DNA of 24,000 bases, from sequence record KT337365.1; one strand, given 5' to 3'. The DNA is from Streptococcus phage phiARI0746. Below, piece after piece: positions 1-8,409 of the stretch (the first letter of the stretch is position 1; every line of letters begins with the position of its first letter). Position numbers and translations under genes: made by a program. The notes under the pieces were generated by a model. It did no database searches. It saw nothing but the letters and a program-made list of their open reading frames with translations, and was not told the origin of the DNA.

Positions 1-380
1 GACTGCAAGGCAATCTTAAGTGTGAACTCGATAACGGCATTGACACCGCCACCGCCAAGCTTAACAGATACTTGACCTTCAAATTTAACCTTAGTCCCGT
101 CTGGATATGTTTGCTCAAAGTAGAGTTTTTTCTTGTCATCCGCTGCCTTACGCAATACACGATAAGGAGCAGTTGCGCTTGAATTATTATAAGAGAACTT
201 GTACTCAAGTTCTCCTACGTCCCCAATACCAAACTCGTACTTCTTAACTTTATCTTCAAGAGTAGTATTTTCTACTTTTTCGAGTTCAATACCAAACTCT
301 GGCACTTCTTTCAATCCAACAAGTTTAGTATAAGTTTCTTTAGATTCGCCATAAGATAGCGTAATTCCATTTGCTAACAT
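1..380 (-). CDS. major tail (tube) protein, partial (C-terminus beyond the window edge)
   Basis: Reading frame open to the window edge, starting ATG at 380: MLANGITLSYGESKETYTKLVGLKEVPEFGIELEKVENTTLEDKVKKYEFGIGDVGELEYKFSYNNSSATAPYR...; placed after the tail-terminator-like gene, as usual in siphophage order. Confidence 0.8.
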   Translation of the reverse strand, partial: MLANGITLSYGESKETYTKLVGLKEVPEFGIELEKVENTTLEDKVKKYEFGIGDVGELEYKFSYNNSSATAPYRVLRKAADDKKKLYFEQTYPDGTKVKFEGQVSVKLGGGGVNAVIEFTLKIALQ

Positions 381-382
381 GT

Positions 383-751
383 TTAATTCTCCATTCTAAA
401 TTGAAAAACAAGCTCTGAGTCTAAATCAACGACACCTTCAAAACGCATGACCTTATGTCTCAAATGAGACGGGTCTGGCACGTCTTGGCAGTCGGTTCTT
501 CGCAAACCTAAAGACTCAAAAATCTGATTGATTTTAACAGCTAACTCACTAGTGCTGGTATCATCAAAGATATCCACCTTGTAGCGGATAGAGGATTTTT
601 GTTCCTGGTCATCAAACCAATCACCCGGCTTGTTTTGTTCTTCTAAAAAAATAACGACTGGGAAAGTCTCCCAATCGCTAGGATAAGTATCAGTCACATT
701 ATCTGCGACCTTTTGCAATTCTTTATAAATAACAGGCTTGATATTAATCAT
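383..751 (-). CDS. tail terminator / minor capsid-like head-tail joining protein
   Basis: 122-aa ORF between HK97 gp10-like and tail tube genes; size and position fit. Confidence 0.65.
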   Translation of the reverse strand: MINIKPVIYKELQKVADNVTDTYPSDWETFPVVIFLEEQNKPGDWFDDQEQKSSIRYKVDIFDDTSTSELAVKINQIFESLGLRRTDCQDVPDPSHLRHKVMRFEGVVDLDSELVFQFRMEN

Positions 752-1263
752 TTTATTTGTTCTCTTATCTTTCTACGGACATAATTCGAAATATTCTTAG
801 ACACACGCTCTTGATTGTCTCTCAAAGCTGGATAAAGATAAGGCTGGGCAGGTTGACCATACATCTTGTAGAACTCCCCAATCTTTTGAAAGTGGTAAGG
901 TCCTACATTAATTTGGTCTTCATGCACATACCAAGGATTAGACTTGTAAGTCACGCTGACCTCTGGAGAGATACCCGAATGGTTAGCTTGTCCTATTGGT
1001 CCTGTTCCAAACTCAACGTAAGGAGCGTATTTTAGGTTGGTGTAAACCTCGCCTATAGCCTTATCTCCGTCCATTTTTGCCCTAGTTTTGATACTAGTTA
1101 TAAGCTCTCCATCTCTCGCTGGTGCGAGTCTTCTTGCATCTGCTTGGACAACCTTTATAGTAGCATTGTGTACCGCACGTAAGACGATATCCTCGCCAGT
1201 TTTTTTACTAGCCAATCGTCTACATTTAGCTATAAGCCTATCTGCCCCTAGTAGCTCTGACAC
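748..1263 (-). CDS. HK97 gp10-like head-tail joining protein
   Basis: 171-aa ORF with VRAVHNATIKVVQADARRLAPARDGELITSI...NLKYAPYVEFGTGP, the typical gp10-family motif. Confidence 0.85.
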   Translation of the reverse strand: MSELLGADRLIAKCRRLASKKTGEDIVLRAVHNATIKVVQADARRLAPARDGELITSIKTRAKMDGDKAIGEVYTNLKYAPYVEFGTGPIGQANHSGISPEVSVTYKSNPWYVHEDQINVGPYHFQKIGEFYKMYGQPAQPYLYPALRDNQERVSKNISNYVRRKIREQIK

Positions 1264-1576
1264 GCTCTAACTCCAAAACTTGATGATGTGTGTAGACCCT
1301 TTTAGAAATGACCTTATGAGTCACTTCTGTCTGGCTATCGATACACACACCATCTTTCACTTTGATAGTAGCTGATTTGTTGGCATTGGCATTCAAAATA
1401 TCATTGACACGCTCACCATACAATTCAGATTGCAACTTGCTACTAGCTGGCCACAATTCAAGACGGACTGTCTCAGCTTCCTTGGCATACCCTTCTTTTG
1501 CGACACCTTCCTCTGTGACAGTCTTTTCAAACCGTCGCATCGGATAAGGTTTCAGTCTACTCTGCTTCAAAAACAT
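1238..1576 (-). CDS. phage head-tail adaptor-like protein
   Basis: 112-aa ORF in the connector module. Confidence 0.55.
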   Translation of the reverse strand: MFLKQSRLKPYPMRRFEKTVTEEGVAKEGYAKEAETVRLELWPASSKLQSELYGERVNDILNANANKSATIKVKDGVCIDSQTEVTHKVISKRVYTHHQVLELERVRATRGR

Positions 1577-1868
1577 GGCCTGCCACCCTTGCTAATCTGT
1601 GCATGCGTATACGCTGTAAAAGGCCCGTAGACAGGCCGTTTTCTCCGTAGACTACTGCTATACCACCTTCGGTCCTTGAATGCTCTCCTTCCGCTCCTGA
1701 GCGGTTGTGGAGCTCGATAGCAACCTCAGGTATCAAAAGACTTAAAGCAGGTGTCAAAGATGTGCGATTAGTCTCTGACAAGATAAGATTTGTAGCCCTC
1801 GTTTGGAGCAACATGAGAAGCTGAGTATCTTCTTCGCCTGTCATTTTCTTCAGCAACTCTATAGACAT
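1557..1868 (-). CDS. phage head-tail connector (gp6/gp15-like)
   Basis: 103-aa helical ORF MSIELLKKMTGEEDTQLLMLLQTRATNLIL..., located between capsid and adaptor. Confidence 0.65.
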   Translation of the reverse strand: MSIELLKKMTGEEDTQLLMLLQTRATNLILSETNRTSLTPALSLLIPEVAIELHNRSGAEGEHSRTEGGIAVVYGENGLSTGLLQRIRMHRLARVAGHVFEAE

Positions 1869-1869
1869 A

Positions 1870-2058
1870 TCAATCCTCTTCTAAGAACTCAGGTTCAGGG
1901 AGGATTTTCTCAAGAACATCTGAGATAGCGACACCGTTGCTGGCAATATTGTCAGCCAGCTCAGCATAGCGCTCCTCAGTAATCTCAAGTTCCCCTCCTG
2001 CCAGTCGTTTCACATTTGATTCCCAATCATAGAAATCTCGTTTGATTTTAAATTTCAC
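1870..2058 (-). CDS. hypothetical phage protein downstream of capsid
   Basis: 62-aa ORF, overlaps neighbours tightly. Confidence 0.55.
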   Translation of the reverse strand: MKFKIKRDFYDWESNVKRLAGGELEITEERYAELADNIASNGVAISDVLEKILPEPEFLEED

Positions 2059-2245
2059 TTTTTAAATCCTCCAGCACCTCTACAATTTCGGCTTTTGATA
2101 ACTTATAGGCGCCAGCTATGCCAGCTTCTTTGGCTAGATTCTTCAACTCTTCTAGAGTCTTATTCTCTAAATCAGAATACTGGCTAACCTGCTCCTCTTG
2201 GATATAATGACGTCGTAGCAATAAGCTCATGCCGTCACCCCTCAC
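2048..2245 (-). CDS. small protein with Rho-N/HeH-like C-terminal motif
   Basis: 65 aa, ENKTLEELKNLAKEAGIAGAYKLSKAEIVEVLEDL resembles the Rho termination factor N-terminal/SAP-like motif common after phage capsid genes. Confidence 0.6.
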   Translation of the reverse strand: MRGDGMSLLLRRHYIQEEQVSQYSDLENKTLEELKNLAKEAGIAGAYKLSKAEIVEVLEDLKSEI

Positions 2246-3080
2246 CGAATTTTACAACTCGTGTAGGGTCGTAAAGGTAAACACCATAGTGTTCATCACC
2301 AGTGATAACCGTTGTCTTTTTAAGGATGTCACGGTCTGTTTCGATAGCCACATCACGTTTTAGCATGATAACAAACGCACCATATTTGTTGGCATCGTCT
2401 GTCTGAGTTTGGCTAGGAGAGACTTTGACGATAAATCCTTTACCTTCATCAACTTTTTTAGAACGGACGATTTGCACACCGGCAACTTCACCGAACGTTC
2501 CGGATACAACCATATCTGCACCAAGCTCTGAACCTTTAGTCCATTCTTTTGCTACGTCAGTTTTTAGCTTGATAGCATCTTTAGGGTTGATGATAGCAAC
2601 ATATTGCGCATCTTCTTCGTCCTCAAAAATCTCAAGAGCTTTATCAATTGCTGCAAGAGTTGTAGGAGTTTCTGTAATATGTTGTGTTGCAGTTTTAGCT
2701 ACTGCGACCAAATCATCATCAATCTTGTTAGCAATAGCCAAACCAAGCTGATAAGTAGCTTGACCTAGTGGGTCGCCAAGACCTGACAAAAGAGCTTCAT
2801 CGGTAATTTCATAACCTTTAGCAGCCTTTTTGATGGTCATAGTGGTCTTTTTAGTAGTCAATTGGTCTGGAGAAATAGCTTGACCTTCTCCAACCTCTGT
2901 CGCATCTCCTGCGTACTCCCAAGCTGGAACTGTCAAAGCGTTCCCTGGTTGTCCTTGGAGCGCTGTTTCCACATAAGCAAGCGGAGTGAATTTAATCAAT
3001 TTAGGTAGTTTAGCGGAAACCATGTCCGCCATCACTTCTGGGTTAACCATAGTGGCTAATTTAGTTTGTCCTGCTGTCAT
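2235..3080 (-). CDS. major capsid protein (N4-gp56/HK97-fold type)
   Basis: 281 aa; length, position after scaffold, and ...FGEVAGVQIVRSKKVDEG...YGVYLYDPTRVVKFG ending. Confidence 0.85.
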   Translation of the reverse strand: MTAGQTKLATMVNPEVMADMVSAKLPKLIKFTPLAYVETALQGQPGNALTVPAWEYAGDATEVGEGQAISPDQLTTKKTTMTIKKAAKGYEITDEALLSGLGDPLGQATYQLGLAIANKIDDDLVAVAKTATQHITETPTTLAAIDKALEIFEDEEDAQYVAIINPKDAIKLKTDVAKEWTKGSELGADMVVSGTFGEVAGVQIVRSKKVDEGKGFIVKVSPSQTQTDDANKYGAFVIMLKRDVAIETDRDILKKTTVITGDEHYGVYLYDPTRVVKFGEG

Positions 3081-3085
3081 TTATT

Positions 3086-3670
3086 TTAACCTTTCAATTT
3101 CTTATAGAGTTCTGGGTTCTTTTGATAGAGTTCATTTCGACTCTGATACCCCATACGAGCAAATTCTTCTTTTGTGATACCGTCACTATCGACTGGCGCT
3201 TGCTTCATTGGAGCTCCGCCTTTTAGCTTTTCTTGTACGCCTTTTTGCACGGCTTGCTCCCATGATTTCTGCAATACAGCGACAGACTGTGATACCGTCT
3301 CTGCGCTTGTCAAATCGACTACATTTACTAACTCAACAGGTAAGTCACGTTCACTTAGCATTGCTTTAGCTTCTGCGGTCAATTCCTTACGAGCAATAGC
3401 CTTTTCACGGTCAGCTAGTTCTTGCTCACGCTGATCCAACTGATATTTCTGTTTTTCATCAGCGTTCATCTTAGCAAGCTTCTTAGCTTCGTTTTCCTTG
3501 GCTTCTTGCTCAGCTTCCCATTTAGAGCGCTCGGCAGATAGCATCTTACCGATTTCAGCACGAGTGAAAGTTCGTTCGTGCTTTTCTTCCTGCACTGTAT
3601 CAACATTTTCTTGAGTGTCGACAGTCTCAGTTGATTCAGTAGATACAGTTGCATTGATTTCTTCTGACAT
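3086..3670 (-). CDS. capsid scaffolding protein (DUF4355-like)
   Basis: 194 aa, highly charged coiled coil (RSKWEAEQEAKENEAKKLAKMNADEKQKYQLDQREQELADREKAIARKELTAEAKAMLSERDLP), immediately upstream of capsid. Confidence 0.85.
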   Translation of the reverse strand: MSEEINATVSTESTETVDTQENVDTVQEEKHERTFTRAEIGKMLSAERSKWEAEQEAKENEAKKLAKMNADEKQKYQLDQREQELADREKAIARKELTAEAKAMLSERDLPVELVNVVDLTSAETVSQSVAVLQKSWEQAVQKGVQEKLKGGAPMKQAPVDSDGITKEEFARMGYQSRNELYQKNPELYKKLKG

Positions 3671-3769
3671 AATTGTCCTCCAGCGATTACGTCGCCACTC
3701 GATAGTCTCGCTTTACGTCCGGCGACGGAACAGCACAGCTTTTATTGTCATCGGTACAGTTTGGACAAT

Positions 3770-3798
3770 ATAAAAACCGTACGGGATTCCATACGGTT
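3770..3798 (-). terminator. Rho-independent terminator between cargo genes and scaffold
   Basis: Minus strand AACCGTA-TGGAATCCCG-TACGGTT followed by TTTAT. Confidence 0.6.
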
Positions 3799-3896
3799 AG
3801 GGCATAGGAAAACCGCATCAAATATGACACGGTTTATAGCAATTTACAGTAATTTATAGCAGTCTATTCCTGCAAGTCAAGATGTTGGATCACCTC

Positions 3897-4148
3897 CTAA
3901 TCTTTAATGGCACGATTTGAAACTTTGGCGTAAACATCCACATAAGTCTCATTCTTATCTCCGTTATGCGTAATTTCTGCATAATCTCCACAAGGTTCGC
4001 TTGATGTAATTGCGTTCGTACTAACAAGAGCTTTCCAGTTTTGCAGGGTCTTGCTAAACCAAACTACAAAGCAGTCTTCTTCTTTGATTTCACGACCTGC
4101 CAAGCGTGAAAATTCTTGCGATGCCAATTGTTTTGCTTTTTTTAACAT
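3897..4148 (-). CDS. DUF6275-like phage protein
   Basis: ATG at 4148 (MLKKAKQLASQEFSRLAGREIKEEDCFVVWFSKTLQNWKALVST...) with GGAGG upstream; the track start at 4250 is a TTG without support. Confidence 0.65.
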   Translation of the reverse strand: MLKKAKQLASQEFSRLAGREIKEEDCFVVWFSKTLQNWKALVSTNAITSSEPCGDYAEITHNGDKNETYVDVYAKVSNRAIKD

Positions 4149-4149
4149 T

Positions 4150-4413
4150 TTACTCCTCCGTTTTTTCGTATGTTTCTGCAAAAATATCCAGCTTGCATGG
4201 ATAATATTCTCCTTGCACGCCTTTGATAATGTAGTCACCTTCTGTTGCAATCATCGTTCCTTCAAGTGTTTCTATTTTTAAAATTGGATTATCTAGGTCA
4301 GCATAATCAACACGAACTGGATATAATCCTAATTCTGATAATTTTAAAATTGATTCTTCAGTATCTACGAACTGAACTGCATCAACCACAACAGGCCTCT
4401 TTCTGTATTTCAT
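4150..4413 (-). CDS. small conserved phage protein
   Basis: 87 aa, MKYRKRPVVVDAVQFVD...ATEGDYIIKGVQGEYYPCKLDIFAETYE, a common phage-cargo protein pattern. Confidence 0.7.
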   Translation of the reverse strand: MKYRKRPVVVDAVQFVDTEESILKLSELGLYPVRVDYADLDNPILKIETLEGTMIATEGDYIIKGVQGEYYPCKLDIFAETYEKTEE

Positions 4414-4532
4414 TTCTTCAGTCCTTTCTTTATGCCATCAATTATCTCGCTAACTAACGCTAAAATAATAAAGGTTAAAAACAAAAATACCAACCACCCA
4501 AAAGTGATTGATACCAAATCCCAAATAAACAT
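4410..4532 (-). CDS. 40-aa putative single-pass membrane microprotein
   Basis: Read from sequence: MFIWDLVSITFGWLVFLFLTFIILALVSEIIDGIKKGLKK*; AAAAGGAG SD upstream; ATGA overlap with the next gene. Confidence 0.55.
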   Translation of the reverse strand: MFIWDLVSITFGWLVFLFLTFIILALVSEIIDGIKKGLKK

Positions 4533-4557
4533 GTTTTCACTCCTTTTAATGTCACAA

Positions 4558-4731
4558 TCAATCAACTTCATACGATAATGAATGAATGTCGGTTAATATT
4601 TTAGGTAGTAACTCAATCGCGCTGAACGTATCCGCCCCATAAATATTTAACTCTAATTTCACTGTCGCTGAGTCATTTTCGCCTGTTCCTGAAAATTCTA
4701 CGTTAGTTATCCCAATTCTTGCTGTGTCCAT
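4558..4731 (-). CDS. 57-aa hypothetical phage protein
   Basis: Read from sequence: MDTARIGITNVEFSGTGENDSATVKLELNIYGADTFSAIELLPKILTDIHSLSYEVD*; AAAGGAT upstream of the ATG. Confidence 0.55.
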   Translation of the reverse strand: MDTARIGITNVEFSGTGENDSATVKLELNIYGADTFSAIELLPKILTDIHSLSYEVD

Positions 4732-4751
4732 TTTCAATCCTTTCTGAGTAC

Positions 4752-4782
4752 AAAAAAAGCACTTAGATTTCTCTAGGTGCTT
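4752..4782 (-). terminator. Rho-independent terminator overlapping the hydrolase stop codon
   Basis: Minus strand AAGCAC-C-TAGA-GAAA-TCTA-A-GTGCTT followed by T-run (4752-4758 A-run on +). Confidence 0.85.
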
Positions 4783-5186
4783 AAGTAATGAATTGCATTT
4801 TTATATTTTTTAACACGCTCGTAGTCTGTATTGGTAACAGATTTCAAACGTGATAAATCTGAGTTGTGTTTCAAATCTGCAAGTTTTACAACTCTTGCTA
4901 AATTATTTGATTTTACTTTCCCAAGATATTCTTGATAACTTTGACCTTTTTTCTTTGTCAAAATTTGTACCGCTGTAACAACTTCATTTGACAAACCAGA
5001 CGCCAATAAATCGGCAGCAGTTATATCGCTATCCTCAATCACATCATGTAAAAGAGCGACAGCTTTTTCTTGTTCAGTTTTGACTTGACTGGCCACATAG
5101 AGAGGATGCTGTATGTAATCAACATCCGCTTTATCTACCTGCCCTGCATGTGCTTTTTTAGCGATAGCCAAGGCAATATCAATCAT
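4773..5186 (-). CDS. HD-family (p)ppGpp hydrolase-like protein (small alarmone hydrolase)
   Basis: 137 aa with RelA/SpoT hydrolase motifs: H-x2-Q (HAGQ), HPLYVA, ALLHDVIED (HDxxED), LT, VVKLADLKHNSD; no synthetase domain. Confidence 0.9.
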   Translation of the reverse strand: MIDIALAIAKKAHAGQVDKADVDYIQHPLYVASQVKTEQEKAVALLHDVIEDSDITAADLLASGLSNEVVTAVQILTKKKGQSYQEYLGKVKSNNLARVVKLADLKHNSDLSRLKSVTNTDYERVKKYKNAIHYLST

Positions 5187-5392
5187 GCCGCTACCATCCT
5201 GTCAATATAAGTAAATGCATCATTTTCTGAAATTTCTTCAAAATCCGTAAAGTCATTAAAAAAGATTTTATTAAACCAATCCATGCTATTAACCCACTTT
5301 TTTTCAATGTCAAAAACTTGCATGACACCATCAATCAAACGAAGTACTTGAGCATTGTTCGTCGTTGTGCGGTAGTATTTAATATCTTTCAT
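5183..5392 (-). CDS. 69-aa hypothetical protein between MuF-toxin and hydrolase genes
   Basis: 4-nt overlap with hydrolase start (5183-5186); begins 1 nt after the MuF gene ends. Confidence 0.7.
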   Translation of the reverse strand: MKDIKYYRTTTNNAQVLRLIDGVMQVFDIEKKWVNSMDWFNKIFFNDFTDFEEISENDAFTYIDRMVAA

Positions 5393-5393
5393 A

Positions 5394-7031
5394 TCACTTC
5401 ACCCTCTCTATATTTTTAGGAATCTCAAGCCCATTGCTTAAATCAAGCATTTCCTTAAATAATTTCATGCGTTCTAGATCAGATGTATTCGTATCACGAT
5501 ACTTCTCATAGAGTTCATGTAATGAACCATTTTTTAAGTCGAAACTTTCCTGAGTATGATACTGCATTTCAAAGTTGATACCATCTTTTTCAACGACTGT
5601 ATTCACACCTTTGTATGGTCCATCTACTAGCCAAGTGTTTTTTACTTTTACAATTTTATAACCTTCTGCGATAAGCTTCTGTTTCATCTTCAAATACTCT
5701 TCTGTAAAAGTATCGGAATCGAAAATAGTTGTGTACCTTAAGGCGTCATTAATCTTACTCACGGCTTTTGACAAACTTATATTTTCAACTAGGCTATCTG
5801 CAATAATTTTACGTGATAATGACTCAACTGTTTTCTTCCTAAATTCAAGACCTGCCAATTTGTTTTCTCCTGCGATACGTTGCATATCACTTGTAATTTT
5901 TGGCTCAACTCCTGAAATTTTGGACAATAGTTGTTCGCTATAAAATTTCGCCTTGGCTTCTCTTGTATCTTGATTATACACCTTTTCCCCGTCTTTCGCA
6001 ACATACTTGCTATACCACTCTTTATAAGTCATATCGGCAGGCACGTACTCAACTTTACCTGTCTCTGGATTCCTTGCTCTGCGCTTCAACTTGCTGTAGT
6101 CTGCGTCCTCATCGTATCCGACAGTAGTAGACCTACACCAAGGGTGCATAGGCGGACAATTGACACCAGGGACAGCCTTATCCCTATCATAGACCTGATT
6201 GTCATGCTCCTGACAAATGCGTGATGTACGCTTGTCTAAGACGGCCACAAAGATATACTTCTCTATATCCGCTTCCTCATAGTTGAGTAGCTCCATTTGG
6301 TTATGAAAAAAGGCTGATTCTGTCCGAACCAAACGCCTTGCATCGTTCTGCCCCACATTGAACCGCTCAGCAATTGCTTGTGCAGTTTCTCGTGTATCTC
6401 GGCCTGTCATAAGGCTTATGAGTAATTCATCTTTTATGCTTGATGTAAGCTTCCCTGTATTCTTCCAGATGTTTGTTGAGTACGTACTTCCATCTCCTAC
6501 CCAACTGAAAGACTGTAGATGTTTAATCTCGCTCTCAGGAAGCCCAGAAAAGCCGTATGCTAGTCCTGTCTGCTGCTGCAGGTCAAAGGTAGCCTTGTAG
6601 TAACTATCCTTCATCAGGTCGCTATAAAAGGCGTCTGAGCCTGTCTTTTCTGAATGATAGATAGATTCACGCATACGGTCTAAATCATCACTCAAACGTT
6701 CTAGACGCTTCATACGGAAAGAATAAGCCGGACTATCTAAGTCAGCCAGTAGTCTTTGAATATTTGGATCATTCGGTCTTGCTTCAAGCACCTTACGAAG
6801 TTCATTCAAGTCTTTCTTGTCTTTCATGTTCTTCAAGACTTGTCTAGCATCTACCTGACTTAAACCATAATCACGTTGGAACTTATCAAAAATCTTATTG
6901 ATTTCCTTATCCAAGTAAGTCTTGGCTTCCTGATAGACCTTATCGAACTGGTCTGCCTGCTTTTCGGCCTTGTCCATCTGCTGGTAAATCAGATTGGCTT
7001 TCCTCTTCGCCCAATACTCCTGATTCTTCAT
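5394..7031 (-). CDS. phage minor head protein (SPP1 gp7/MuF) with C-terminal RelA/SpoT-synthetase-like toxin domain
   Basis: 545 aa; MuF core motif RLVRTESAFFHNQ...ILDKRTSRICQEHDNQVYDRDKAVPGVNCPPMHPWCRSTT; C-terminal ~150 aa contain INDALRYTTIF...KNTWLVDGPYKGVNTVVEKDGINFEMQYHTQESFDLKNGSLHELYEKYR. Confidence 0.88.
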   Translation of the reverse strand: MKNQEYWAKRKANLIYQQMDKAEKQADQFDKVYQEAKTYLDKEINKIFDKFQRDYGLSQVDARQVLKNMKDKKDLNELRKVLEARPNDPNIQRLLADLDSPAYSFRMKRLERLSDDLDRMRESIYHSEKTGSDAFYSDLMKDSYYKATFDLQQQTGLAYGFSGLPESEIKHLQSFSWVGDGSTYSTNIWKNTGKLTSSIKDELLISLMTGRDTRETAQAIAERFNVGQNDARRLVRTESAFFHNQMELLNYEEADIEKYIFVAVLDKRTSRICQEHDNQVYDRDKAVPGVNCPPMHPWCRSTTVGYDEDADYSKLKRRARNPETGKVEYVPADMTYKEWYSKYVAKDGEKVYNQDTREAKAKFYSEQLLSKISGVEPKITSDMQRIAGENKLAGLEFRKKTVESLSRKIIADSLVENISLSKAVSKINDALRYTTIFDSDTFTEEYLKMKQKLIAEGYKIVKVKNTWLVDGPYKGVNTVVEKDGINFEMQYHTQESFDLKNGSLHELYEKYRDTNTSDLERMKLFKEMLDLSNGLEIPKNIERVK

Positions 7032-8409
7032 CCTCTACCTCGTCTTCGGGTTTCGTGTTGTCTTTGTTGAACATCGGCATGTCTTCCATGTTCTTCTTTT
7101 TCTCTTCTTCCAAGGCTTCCAGCTCAGCGTCAGGGTCTTCCACAAACGGCAAGAGAGAAATAAGCTGTCTATTGGTCACTTTGCCTTCCAAATTGTTCAC
7201 AATCTGAGAGATTTCTAACAAGTTCTTAGGCAAACCACGACTGAATTGTGGAACGATTGAATGAGACTCTAAAGCAATCTGCTTCATGCCTAAGTAATGA
7301 GCAAAAATCGCAATACGCTGACGCAATCCTCGCTTATAGTTCGCTTCCTTGGTCTTAGTAATCATCTCAAGGCCCATCAGCTTAAATTCCATGGCTACGC
7401 CTGATGTATTCCCTGCGAAATTCTCATCAGTCAAATTAGGCACATGGCTAAATGTGTAGATGTCCTCTTTAAGAGCTGTACGCAAGATTTCAGTAGCACT
7501 TTCGTCCAGCGTATTCTTCAAGAACTCAGCCCTTGCACTATCGCCCGGCAATTCCAAAAGACCTTCTTCAGAAAGAATCTTCATTGCTACCTTAGCGTCT
7601 TCTGGAGTGTCTGCTAACTGCGTGCCATACAAGACAAGGATAGACTCTACAGCCTGTTCCTTATCATTGACACGATTCCCCATCAAGGAATTATAAGCGT
7701 CTATCAAGCTAATTTGTTGCTCATAGTCACCAATTGCAAAGTGATTGTTGCGATATTCGATAATTGGGATTTGACCAAGGTTGTGAGGTGTTGCCTCCTC
7801 GCTCTGAGTTGTTCCTGAATCTGTACTTCTCAGCACCATGTGATAGTGCAGATTTTCGGTAAAGACCTCAGCCTGGTACTTGGTAGTGTCTTTCGTATCG
7901 TCTTTTACTTCATAGTAATAGACCGCAAACAAAGGCTTCCGCTCAATACTATCATCGTAGACCATGAAAGTATTCTCCGGATCAATACTAGTTGAATCCA
8001 ACTCAGTCATACCCTCTTTAGCATAGATGTACTCGTAAGCACGACCATAGATAGCCATGTTCAAAGCATTCTGAGCATCTACTTGGTCAATCTCAGCACC
8101 ATCAAAGGCTGTAAGTAGTTCATCGATATCACCGTCAGCAGTATTGTTATACTTGATAGGATTGCCCATAAAATAGCCCGTAGCCGTGTCTGCGATATCC
8201 TTGGCATGATTGGCTACCGTCTTGTAATTAGGTGCGTTCACGTTGCGTCTCGTGTGTTCTAAGATAGCATGCTCACCCAAATAGTAGCTTTTAAGCTTCT
8301 TCAAATGCGAGCCTTCAGTGCTATGCATCGTTATCAATTTGTAAATCAGGTCTTTCTTCAAAGAACCCTCATCATATCCATCCCGTGGATAGGTTAAATA
8401 TTGGTACAT
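6940..8409 (-). CDS. phage portal protein (SPP1 gp6-like)
   Basis: 489 aa, ...NDKEQAVESILVLYGT...NFAGNTSGVAMEFKLMGLEMITKTKEANYKRGLRQRI, acidic C-terminal tail. Confidence 0.92.
   Translation of the reverse strand: MYQYLTYPRDGYDEGSLKKDLIYKLITMHSTEGSHLKKLKSYYLGEHAILEHTRRNVNAPNYKTVANHAKDIADTATGYFMGNPIKYNNTADGDIDELLTAFDGAEIDQVDAQNALNMAIYGRAYEYIYAKEGMTELDSTSIDPENTFMVYDDSIERKPLFAVYYYEVKDDTKDTTKYQAEVFTENLHYHMVLRSTDSGTTQSEEATPHNLGQIPIIEYRNNHFAIGDYEQQISLIDAYNSLMGNRVNDKEQAVESILVLYGTQLADTPEDAKVAMKILSEEGLLELPGDSARAEFLKNTLDESATEILRTALKEDIYTFSHVPNLTDENFAGNTSGVAMEFKLMGLEMITKTKEANYKRGLRQRIAIFAHYLGMKQIALESHSIVPQFSRGLPKNLLEISQIVNNLEGKVTNRQLISLLPFVEDPDAELEALEEEKKKNMEDMPMFNKDNTKPEDEVEDEESGVLGEEESQSDLPADGQGRKAGRPVR

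Noticed and set aside
383-3086. Possible novel functions in the head-tail connector genes
   Set aside because: Gene order and sizes match ordinary siphophage head completion genes; nothing anomalous seen.
3466-3654. 62-aa minus-strand ORF in scaffold gene
   Set aside because: Alternate frame of the scaffold coiled coil, same artefact type.
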